Positions 8,607 to 16,805 of a DNA stretch of 52,494 nt are shown one piece after another (positions within the stretch are counted from its first letter, which is position 1; each line of letters begins with the position of its first letter). The notes below the pieces were generated by a model, which had not been told where the DNA came from, did no database searches, and was given only the letters and a program-made list of their open reading frames with translations. This DNA is from Patescibacteria group bacterium (GTDB lineage Bacteria > Patescibacteriota > Minisyncoccia > UBA6257 > 02-FULL-45-10c): positions 1 through 52,494 of the forward strand of contig JAHILT010000017.1 in NCBI GenBank assembly GCA_018896875.1, read 5' to 3'. Made by a program: the position numbers and the translations under genes.

Positions 8607-9395
8607 TTAATTACACCAAAAACGCCAATAACCTTTTGTATATATAGCAACATTGTCACTTCCACCATTATAACGAGGAAGAAATCTGCCATATTTTTTC
8701 TGAAGAGCAATGCTTTGTTCGGAATGACCACCACAACTATAATTACCCCCACTAGTTCCCATAACTAACGCGCTATCGTTACTATAATGATTTTCGTACA
8801 AACATAAATAATATTTTGATTTGTTATTATACATCGTGTACACAAGCTCTTCATTAGAGTGATAAACATTATCTTTACATTCATACCCCATATTTGTATG
8901 TACCTTTTCAATACATTTATATCCATATACATAGCCTTGAAAATTCACAAAATTTCCGCCCTTCGTGCACGCAGTTGGAGCATAAACATTTGAATAATGA
9001 TCTATCGTATATTCGTTTGTTCCGCTACAATCATAGTCTTTGCCGGAATCATATCGTGGCGCAGCGCCAGGATAAATATCTGCATTACCATCGTCACAAT
9101 CTCCTTCTCTAGCAGTATATCCATCATTATCTTTATCTACTAATTCAGTAATTGATTTAGAAACAGAAGTGCCCGACTCATTAGTATAATTAACAAGAAA
9201 ATCTTTAGCGCGAATATCACCGTCAATCACTAAACTTCCGTCTTCTCGTAATAAGCCAAAAATACCACTTACGTTACCAGAAGGAGGACTATCAGATGGC
9301 TCAACCCACGCATAAGAAATAACTCCCGCAGTTAATATGCCAACCAAACTCAAGAAGATGATAGTTGATAATTTTTTAAATTTTTCTATTTTCAT
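8607..9395 (-). CDS. Exported protein with putative metal-binding motif (DxDxDGY...GDCDD..A.IYPGA, MopE-like) and Cys-rich C-terminus
   Basis: Signal helix followed by AWVEPSDSPPSGNV; DKDNDGYTAREGDCDDGNADIYPGA..DYDCSG. Confidence 0.72.
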   Translation of the reverse strand: MKIEKFKKLSTIIFLSLVGILTAGVISYAWVEPSDSPPSGNVSGIFGLLREDGSLVIDGDIRAKDFLVNYTNESGTSVSKSITELVDKDNDGYTAREGDCDDGNADIYPGAAPRYDSGKDYDCSGTNEYTIDHYSNVYAPTACTKGGNFVNFQGYVYGYKCIEKVHTNMGYECKDNVYHSNEELVYTMYNNKSKYYLCLYENHYSNDSALVMGTSGGNYSCGGHSEQSIALQKKYGRFLPRYNGGSDNVAIYTKGYWRFWCN

Positions 9396-9521
9396 ATATT
9401 ATTTTTAATTTTTAATATTATTATTTTTTTAATACTATACTTTATATAATATACTCTCTACATAATAAAACAAACGACTAATAATTAATAATTAATAATT
9501 ATATTTTGATTTTAAGAAGAG

Positions 9522-9550
9522 TTGACAAATATATTGTTTTATGCTAACAT
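9522..9550 (+). promoter_or_regulatory. sigma70 promoter with extended -10 and no downstream + strand CDS
   Basis: TTGACA 9522-9527, 17-bp spacer, TGc-TAACAT 9545-9550. Confidence 0.65.
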
Positions 9551-9561
9551 ACTTACATAAT

Positions 9562-9727
9562 AAAAGTGTATCAGTCTGTGGGCGGGAATTCGTTCTATAT
9601 GGACAGTTCGGCTTCGGCGGGGCTCATCCTATAAACAATTCTAATCTTTTTTAAAAAATTAATTTAAAAAAGCCCTACAAACCTTGTCGTTCATTCGACA
9701 TTGCCCACAGACTAATGCACTTTTTTT
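9562..9727 (+). ncRNA. Candidate structured small RNA
   Basis: 22-bp closing stem (9562-9583 with 9703-9724), internal C(UUCG)G and TGTCG/CGACA hairpins, upstream promoter, 3' T tract. Confidence 0.5.
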
Positions 9728-9747
9728 ATTTTATATAATCAACCAGG

Positions 9748-9782
9748 AAATCCACCCTAACCCTCCTTTAAAAGGAGGGAAC
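9748..9782. repeat. Solo copy of the DUF559-flanking repeat
   Basis: AAATCCACCCTAACCCTCCTTTAAAAGGAGGGAA, 33/34 identical to 39745-39778. Confidence 0.85.
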
Positions 9783-9799
9783 GAGAAAAGGGATAAGGA

Positions 9800-9851
9800 C
9801 TGGATTCCCGCCGGAGTTTATCCTGAGCCTTGTCGAAGCGCGGGAATGACA
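9800..9851. repeat. dRS3/REP-like ATTCCCGC...GCGGGAATGAC element with nested insert
   Basis: CTGGATTCCCGCC[GGAGTTTATCCTGAGCCTTGTCGAA]GCGCGGGAATGAC. Confidence 0.65.
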
Positions 9852-9918
9852 GATTCTTTGGTTTGTAAATTATCCTAATTCTTCTCATTGCTAATCACTA
9901 GTGGCTAGTCGCTAATCC

Positions 9919-11586
9919 CTACCCCAACTCTTCTAAGGGTCCAGTAATTTTTTCCAATTCTTCAAGACTTGTTATGCCATTTATAACTTTTAACATTCCA
10001 TCTTCTTGTATAGTCGTCATTCCTTCTTTTTTGGCAAAATCCCTAATCTGAAGTTCTCCTCCTCCTTTTATCAAAACTTCTTCAATATCTTTCGTAATTC
10101 TCAAAAGCTCATAGATACCCACCCTTCCTTTATATCCTGTCCCCCCACATTTTTCACAACCAATCGCTTTATAAATATTGAAATCTTTATAATTATTTTT
10201 ATCTACTCTATCGGGCAAATTAACAATAAATTTTTCAAGAAATTGTTTCATTTCATCCGCAATAACAACTTTTTCTTTACAATCAATACAAAGCCTCTTT
10301 ATTAATCTTTGGGCAATAATAAGATTAGTTGCTGGACCAATACTGGTATTTTTTATACCCAAATCCATCAAACGAGGAATAGCACCAGCGGCATTATTAG
10401 CATGGACGGTAGAAAAAACTAAATGACCAGTAAGAGCCGCTTGTATAGCTATCCCCGATGTTTCTTTATCTCTAATTTCACCTATTAAAATAATATCTGG
10501 GTCTTGTCTCATCATAGATCTTAAGCCATTCGCAAAAGTATAGTCAGCGCCAGGATTAATTTGAGTTTGTTCTATTCCCTCTAAATGATATTCAATAGGA
10601 TCTTCAATGGTAATAATTTTACTTTCTGGAGAATTTTTATGTTTCAAAAAAGCATAAAGTGTTGTTGTTTTACCCGACCCCGTAGGACCTGTATTTAAAA
10701 TCATGCCGTTTGGTCTTTTCAATTCAGTTTTTATTACATTTAAATCATCTTGACGGAAACCTAAGTCTTGCAAAGAAAGATTAATAGCAGAAGAATCTAA
10801 AACCCTCATTACTATAACCTCTCCAAATTCTGAAGGCGCTATAGCTATACGAAGTTCAATTTTTTTTGAACCGCAATCAACAGTAATACGTCCGTCTTGA
10901 GCCTTATCTCCAACATTAATTTTTAAATTAGCTAAAAGTTTTATTCTAGATATTAATCTACGATATATATCACTACCTAAATCTGACATCACATCACGCA
11001 AATCGCCATCAACACGATAACGAAGCCTTGTATTTTTTTCTTCTGGCTCAAAGTGAATATCAGAAGCTCTATTGGCTAAAGCTCCCGCAAAAATTATTTC
11101 CAAAATATCCCCTGTTGGATGATTTCTAAAATCAAAATTTAAAATTTCTTGTTTAATAGCTTCTAAATTTATTAGTTTTTTTTCAAGAGATATTATTCTT
11201 TCTTCATTAATATTAATACTACCAGTCAAAGAAGCAGTTTTCTTACTTACGTATTTATAGAAATCCCACGCCCTATTAAGACTAGCTATGGAAACTATAA
11301 ATGTTTTCACCTCATATCCTTTTGATTTTAATTTTTCTATTTGCTCTTTAGTTTTTGGATTAGACAAATCAAAAACAACTAAAACTACATTATTTCTTTT
11401 TGTTTCAATGGCAGCGATTTGAGCTTCTCTCGCTTCATCTTCAGACACTAAAGACAACGCATCTGTTTCTATTGGTAAAAGTGCTAAGTCTAAATAAGGA
11501 ACATTTAATTTCTCGGCTTTTCTTTTCGCATCACGCTCTTCAGCTTCTTTTCTAATTTTTACTAAAATAGCATCTTGATTTAACAT
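9919..11586 (-). CDS. pilB: Type IV pilus / T2SS assembly ATPase, GspE/PilB family
   Basis: ASDIHFEP, QDGRI, TGPTGSGKTTTLY, TIEDPIEY, RQDPDIILIGEIRD, TGHLVFSTVH, tetracysteine motif. Confidence 0.9.
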   Translation of the reverse strand: MLNQDAILVKIRKEAEERDAKRKAEKLNVPYLDLALLPIETDALSLVSEDEAREAQIAAIETKRNNVVLVVFDLSNPKTKEQIEKLKSKGYEVKTFIVSIASLNRAWDFYKYVSKKTASLTGSININEERIISLEKKLINLEAIKQEILNFDFRNHPTGDILEIIFAGALANRASDIHFEPEEKNTRLRYRVDGDLRDVMSDLGSDIYRRLISRIKLLANLKINVGDKAQDGRITVDCGSKKIELRIAIAPSEFGEVIVMRVLDSSAINLSLQDLGFRQDDLNVIKTELKRPNGMILNTGPTGSGKTTTLYAFLKHKNSPESKIITIEDPIEYHLEGIEQTQINPGADYTFANGLRSMMRQDPDIILIGEIRDKETSGIAIQAALTGHLVFSTVHANNAAGAIPRLMDLGIKNTSIGPATNLIIAQRLIKRLCIDCKEKVVIADEMKQFLEKFIVNLPDRVDKNNYKDFNIYKAIGCEKCGGTGYKGRVGIYELLRITKDIEEVLIKGGGELQIRDFAKKEGMTTIQEDGMLKVINGITSLEELEKITGPLEELG

Positions 11587-11816
11587 GTTTCAAGTTTAAA
11601 ATGAAAATATCAAAATGTAAAATGTAAATAAAAGCGAATATAAGCTAATATTTATAACCTATGAAAAAAAACAGAGTCGCCTCGCGAAGTTAACTATATA
11701 AATTAATACCAAATTACATAATACTAAGTTATAATAATAATTAATAATAATTAAAAATTTTATAATTTTACATTGTCATTTTCCATTTTGATTTTTACAT
11801 TTTACATTATATTGAT

Positions 11817-12392
11817 ATGTCGGGACATAATAAATGGAGTCAAATAAAACATAAAAAAGGAGCTACCGATGCCAAAAAATCTAAGCTTTTCTCTAAGCTT
11901 TTGCATGCTATTTCTATTGCTGCCAAAACCGAACCTAATCCACAATTTAATCCTCGCTTAAGAACAGCTGTTGAGACAGCTAAGGAAAAACTTGTCTCTC
12001 TAGAAAATATAGAAAACGCAATTAATAAAGCCTCTGAACAAAAAAATCTTGAAGAAATGACTATTGAGGCTTATGGACCGGAAGGTGTCGCTATTATTAT
12101 TAAAGCTATTACAGACAACACTAATCGCACTATTTCTGAGATAAAGAAAATTTTAACTGATTATGAAGCAAAATTAGCTAACCCAGGTAGTGTGCTTTGG
12201 GGCTTTTCCGCCGAAGGCCTGCCCGCCTGCCCGGCCAGGGACCAGGGCGGATCCGCCTCTGGCGGAGATACAACTTGGAAATCTAAATTCCCACAAAATA
12301 TTTCTTCTGAATCAAAAAATAAAATAGAACAATTAATTACAGAATTAGAAAATTACGAAGATACTCAAAATGTTTTCACAAATATTAATTAA
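11817..12392 (+). CDS. yebC: YebC/PmpR family protein (short form) with a 20-aa repeat-derived insertion
   Basis: MSGHNKWSQIKHKKG, NPRLR, EAYGPEGVA, TDNTNRT. Confidence 0.92.
   Translation: MSGHNKWSQIKHKKGATDAKKSKLFSKLLHAISIAAKTEPNPQFNPRLRTAVETAKEKLVSLENIENAINKASEQKNLEEMTIEAYGPEGVAIIIKAITDNTNRTISEIKKILTDYEAKLANPGSVLWGFSAEGLPACPARDQGGSASGGDTTWKSKFPQNISSESKNKIEQLITELENYEDTQNVFTNIN
12207..12266 (+). repeat. GC-rich palindromic element inserted in frame in yebC
   Basis: TCCGCC...GGCGGA ends, 60 bp, very high GC in an AT-rich gene; shares core with 15895-15930. Confidence 0.85.
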
Positions 12393-12487
12393 CTAATAGT
12401 TAAGTGCTAACTTTTTTTGGATGACGCCTCTAATACTGTCGTTATTACCATTACCTCATCTTTTGTTAATAATCAACAAATCTAGTC

Positions 12488-12515
12488 TTGACACTTCTGT
12501 TTTTTTTTATATAAT
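12488..12515 (+). promoter_or_regulatory. sigma70 promoter
   Basis: TTGACA-16bp-TATAAT upstream of 12547. Confidence 0.6.
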
Positions 12516-12546
12516 TTTCTTGAATTGAAATTAAATAATATTAAAT

Positions 12547-12798
12547 ATGAAAAAGAAAATTAATAAAATAAAATCGGGATTAAAAAAAGACGAAAATAAA
12601 AAAACCAAACAATGGTTTAATGACGATAAAGAATGGGATAAAGACGAACCAGATGAAGTATTGGGAAAAAATGAACCTATTAATAATGATGATAATAATA
12701 AAAAAGATGATAGTTGGATAGATGAAGAAATTGAATGCTATGATAAAGAAGATAGCATTGATGATTTCTTAGAATATGAAGATAGGGATAATTATTAA
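12547..12798 (+). CDS. Small protein with basic N-terminus and acidic C-terminus
   Basis: 83-aa ORF directly behind a consensus promoter. Confidence 0.6.
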   Translation: MKKKINKIKSGLKKDENKKTKQWFNDDKEWDKDEPDEVLGKNEPINNDDNNKKDDSWIDEEIECYDKEDSIDDFLEYEDRDNY

Positions 12799-12876
12799 TA
12801 ATCTGTATAATGGCTCAAGCATTAAAATCTAAAAAAAATAAAAAATAATTTTTCTAAAATTAGTATAAGTATTATT

Positions 12877-15360
12877 TTGGTAGTTCTTACAATGATTGCT
12901 TCTTTTTTGTTACTTTATATTTCTATTACTAAAAACCTTCCTAATCCAAATCAATTTGAAAATAGAAAAATAATTGAATCAACAAAAATATACGACCGAA
13001 CAGGAGAAGTCCTTCTTTATGAAATACATGGCGATCAAAAAAGGACAATAATTCCTTTTGAAGAAATCCCTCTTTATGTTAAACAAGCGACCATAGCCAT
13101 TGAAGACCAAGATTTTTATAAACACCCAGCTTTTGATTTTAAATCAATTATAAGAGCTTTTATTTCTAATATTTTAGATCGCCAAATCTCTCAAGGAGGA
13201 TCTACCATTACTCAACAATTAGCCAAAAATACTTTTTTAACTCCTGAAAAAACAATAATCAGAAAAATAAAAGAATTAATTATTGCTTCACAATTAGAAA
13301 AAAAATATAGTAAAGACGAAATTTTAAATTTATATCTTAATCAAATTCCTTTTGGAGGAAACACTTATGGCATTGAAGCAGCTAGTAAAATTTTTTTCAA
13401 TAAAAAAACCAAAGAATTAACTTTAGCTGAATCTGCTTTATTAGTTAGTCTTCCTCAGGCTCCTACTTATTATTCTCCTTGGGGAGATAATATTGAAAAA
13501 TTATTTACTAGAAAAGATTATGTTTTAGAACAACTCTATAAATTAGAAAATATAACTAAAGAGCAAATGATTTCAGCTAAAGAGGAAACTATAGAATTTA
13601 TTTCTCAATCTAAAAAAGGAATTAAGGCTCCTCATTTTGTATTAACAGTTCAAAATTATCTAAACAATAAATACGGCGAAAGTTTTATAAAAACAGCGGG
13701 GCTTAGAGTAATAACTACTTTAAATTGGGATATGCAAGAATTAGCAGAAGAAGTTGTTAAAAAAGGAGCTGAAAACAATAGAAATCTCTACCAAGGTTAT
13801 AATTCGGCTTTAGTAGCACAAGATGCTACTAATGGGCAAATATTAGCCCTAGTGGGGTCTAAAGATTATTTTGGAGCGTCTGAGCCAGAAGGATGTGAAC
13901 CAGGCAAAAATTGTAATTTTGAGCCGAATTTTAACGTAGCAACACAAGGATTAAGACAGCCAGGTTCAACTATGAAACCATTTGTCTATGCTACTGCTTT
14001 TCAAAAAGGATATACTCCCAACACAATGGTTTTTGATGTTCCTACCGAATTTGCTTCTAATAACCCAAATTGTCCATTGGAAGTTGATTATGAAAACGAT
14101 AATGAAGAATGTTTTCATCCGCAAAATTTTGAGGATGATTTTAAGGGTCCTTTGGATTTAAGAAATTCTTTAGCCCAATCAATTAACATAACTTCTGTAA
14201 AAACTCTTTATCTTGCGGGATTAAATTCAGTATTGAAAACAGTGGCTGATTTTGGAATAACAACTCTTACAGAAAAAAATCGTTATGGACTATCTTTGGT
14301 ATTAGGAGGAGGAGAAGTTAAATTAATTGATTTAGTTGGTGCTTATTCAGTCTTTGCTCAAGAAGGAATAAAACATCAACAAATTACAATCCTTAAAATA
14401 ACTGATTCTAAGGATAAAATATTAGAAGAATTTTCCGCCTTGGACGAACAAGTTAAAAACGAAAATAATTCCCGAGTAATGGATTCTAAATACACTATTT
14501 TTATAAACGATATCTTAACTGACATAGAAGCAAGATCTGCTCTTTTCTCTAGTAGTCTTCCTCTTACAATATTCAAAGGACACGAAGTTGCTATGAAGAC
14601 AGGAACAACCAATGATTATCGTGATGCTTGGACTATTGGGTATTCTCCAAATTTCGTAGTAGGTGTTTGGGCTGGTAATAATAATAACGAACCAATGCAA
14701 AAACACGGTAGTAGCCTTTTAGCAGCAGTCCCTATTTGGAGCGAATTTATGAGAGGAGCATTAGAAGATATAAGTCCAAAGACTTTTTCTAAACCAGAGC
14801 CTATTCTTACTAAAAAACCTGTATTAAATGGCGATCACGTTATGAATATTAAAATCAACGGAGAAATTTATCCGCAAATGCATAACATACTTTTCTATAC
14901 AGATAAAAATAATCCTCAAGGAGATTATCCAGAGAATCCTCAAAAAGATTCACAATTTGAAAACTGGGAAGAACCAGTATTAAAATGGGCAAGAGAAAAT
15001 ATTCCTGGTTTTAACGATGAATATAATAAACCAGTACCAATAAGCTTTTTAAATCAATCTGATGATTATTTTAGTGGACAAAATGCAAAAATAGAATGGA
15101 ATAGTCCTAAAAACGGAGATTTTATAAAAACAAATAATATTTCAGTAAATGCTGAAATAAATGCTGATTTTGAAATCAATAAAATTGAGTTATATTTCAA
15201 CAACAATCTTATATCGTCATTACAACAAACAATGGGGAAAAAATATACACTTACTCATCAATTTATTCCACAATTAATTGAATCTCAAAACATAATGACA
15301 ATTAAAATTTATGATCCTGTAGAAAACTTTATAGAAAAATCAATTATATTATTCAAATAA
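12877..15360 (+). CDS. Class A penicillin-binding protein (transglycosylase/transpeptidase) with C-terminal Ig-like domain; natural start probably 12810, separated by a 1-nt shift in an A8 tract
   Basis: AIEDQDFYKH, GGSTITQQLAKN, RKIKE, YLNQI, QPGSTMKP, SIN, KTGTT. Confidence 0.93.
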   Translation: MVVLTMIASFLLLYISITKNLPNPNQFENRKIIESTKIYDRTGEVLLYEIHGDQKRTIIPFEEIPLYVKQATIAIEDQDFYKHPAFDFKSIIRAFISNILDRQISQGGSTITQQLAKNTFLTPEKTIIRKIKELIIASQLEKKYSKDEILNLYLNQIPFGGNTYGIEAASKIFFNKKTKELTLAESALLVSLPQAPTYYSPWGDNIEKLFTRKDYVLEQLYKLENITKEQMISAKEETIEFISQSKKGIKAPHFVLTVQNYLNNKYGESFIKTAGLRVITTLNWDMQELAEEVVKKGAENNRNLYQGYNSALVAQDATNGQILALVGSKDYFGASEPEGCEPGKNCNFEPNFNVATQGLRQPGSTMKPFVYATAFQKGYTPNTMVFDVPTEFASNNPNCPLEVDYENDNEECFHPQNFEDDFKGPLDLRNSLAQSINITSVKTLYLAGLNSVLKTVADFGITTLTEKNRYGLSLVLGGGEVKLIDLVGAYSVFAQEGIKHQQITILKITDSKDKILEEFSALDEQVKNENNSRVMDSKYTIFINDILTDIEARSALFSSSLPLTIFKGHEVAMKTGTTNDYRDAWTIGYSPNFVVGVWAGNNNNEPMQKHGSSLLAAVPIWSEFMRGALEDISPKTFSKPEPILTKKPVLNGDHVMNIKINGEIYPQMHNILFYTDKNNPQGDYPENPQKDSQFENWEEPVLKWARENIPGFNDEYNKPVPISFLNQSDDYFSGQNAKIEWNSPKNGDFIKTNNISVNAEINADFEINKIELYFNNNLISSLQQTMGKKYTLTHQFIPQLIESQNIMTIKIYDPVENFIEKSIILFK

Positions 15361-15417
15361 TGAAATAGCAAATAGTCACTAGTAGTTAGTATAAAAACGC
15401 TAATCACTAGTCGCTAA

Positions 15418-16575
15418 CTAACTATTTTTAATTGGCATTAAGATATGAAAATAAGAAAAATCTTTTTGTGATTTAATAATAAATGGACGTTGATCTCCAT
15501 TTAGTCCTAAAAATATTTCTTCTGATTCAAAATTTTTAAGACCTTCTAATAAAAATTTCCAATTAAAAACAATTTCAAATTCATCTCCTTTTGTTTTAAT
15601 TGGGATTAAATAATGATTTTCACCAACAACCTGAGCAGAAGAAAACACTTCCATAACTTTCTTTCCTTTTTTATTTTTTAATTTAATATCATTATCCTTA
15701 CCACTTAAATTACTAACCAATTTAATAGCATTCATAAAGCCCTCTCTTTCAAGAATGCATTCTGTTTTAAAATCCTTAGGAACAATTTGTTCATAATCAG
15801 GATAATTCCCATCAATAAGCCTGGAAATAACTTCAAGATTATCTGTTTTAAATAGAACTTGATTAGAATCAAAATATATATTCATTTCTTCTTTTCCGTC
15901 GGAAACAGATCCGCCCTGGCCGGGCAGGCCTTTATTGGAAAATATTCTAGAAACTTCTTGTATTGTTTTTAGTGGAATAATAGCTTTAAAACCTTTGGAA
16001 AAATTAGATTTAAAATCTTTATCAAATAAAGTTTTTTCAGCTAATCTAAAACTATCAGTAGCAACTAATTTTAAACTAGAAATCTGAAAATCAAATAAAA
16101 TACCGCTTAATTCTGGTCTTATTTCAGAAATTTGAGCACAATTTAATACTTTTAAAATAGCATCATTGAAAGTATTACAATCAATTTTAAGATATTGCTC
16201 TGAATTATCAATTTTTGGAATTATAGGAAATTCTTCTTCTGTTGAACTTTGTATAATAGCTTCATAATTATCAGTCTTCAAAATTAATTTAGTATTTTTA
16301 TCTTCAGATTCTAAATCAACTTTATCACTATCTAGATTATTAATAATTCCATTTAGAATAGAGAAAGGCGTTGTTATTGATCCTTTTTCTATTATTTTCC
16401 CAGAAATAGTTTTAGTTATAGCTAATTCTAAATTAGTAGTTGTTACTTTTATTTTATTATCAAATATTTTTATAAGAACATTTTTAAGAATTGGTAAATT
16501 ATTATTTTCAGAAACCGCTTTGATAACAGCACTCAAACCTTCTTTTAATCTATCTTTTAAAATAATTATCTTCAT
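15418..16575 (-). CDS. dnaN: DNA polymerase III beta sliding clamp with 12-aa repeat-derived insertion
   Basis: LPILKNVLI, TNLE, EEFP, RPELSG, VATDSFRLA, SRLIDGNYPDY, ILMP; adjacent to dnaA. Confidence 0.97.
   Translation of the reverse strand: MKIIILKDRLKEGLSAVIKAVSENNNLPILKNVLIKIFDNKIKVTTTNLELAITKTISGKIIEKGSITTPFSILNGIINNLDSDKVDLESEDKNTKLILKTDNYEAIIQSSTEEEFPIIPKIDNSEQYLKIDCNTFNDAILKVLNCAQISEIRPELSGILFDFQISSLKLVATDSFRLAEKTLFDKDFKSNFSKGFKAIIPLKTIQEVSRIFSNKGLPGQGGSVSDGKEEMNIYFDSNQVLFKTDNLEVISRLIDGNYPDYEQIVPKDFKTECILEREGFMNAIKLVSNLSGKDNDIKLKNKKGKKVMEVFSSAQVVGENHYLIPIKTKGDEFEIVFNWKFLLEGLKNFESEEIFLGLNGDQRPFIIKSQKDFSYFHILMPIKNS
15895..15930 (-). repeat. GC-rich element inserted in frame in dnaN
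   Basis: GGCCTGCCCGGCCAGGGCGGATCTGTTTCCGACGGA (minus strand) = GLPGQGGSVSDG; same family as the yebC insert. Confidence 0.82.
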
Positions 16576-16805
16576 ATATATAATATAATAATAGAACTAG
16601 TAGTTGTTATAGTATTTGATATCTTTGTTAATAAATACTTTTTAAGCCTATTTTCCCTCTCATTAATCTATTCACACTAGTTGTTAATTTAAGTTAAAAA
16701 CCTTGTTAAAAACTATTTTCTAATTATTATTGCTTTGTTTTCTACCTTTTTGATAACAGTTTTTTGGTAATTTATTAATAAGTTTTTAACAGACCTATCA
16801 ACAAT
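16576..16805. other. Probable oriC (dnaA-dnaN intergenic region)
   Basis: AT-rich; degenerate DnaA-box-like 9-mers (TTATTAACA, CTATTCACA, TTTTTAACA x2, CTATCAACA); minus-strand CTA/TAA/CAA trinucleotide run before dnaN resembling DnaA-trios. Confidence 0.6.

Noticed and set aside
9684-9878. 64-aa + strand ORF
   Set aside because: It is a read-through of the ncRNA 3' stem and two repeat elements (HPNPPLKGG, WIPAGVYPEPCRSAGMT) and has no SD.
14432-14448. Possible micro-insertions of the TCCGCC..GGCGGA element in the PBP (TTCCGCCTTGGACGAA) and in tsaE (1109-1126)
   Set aside because: Too short and degenerate to support without ortholog alignments.
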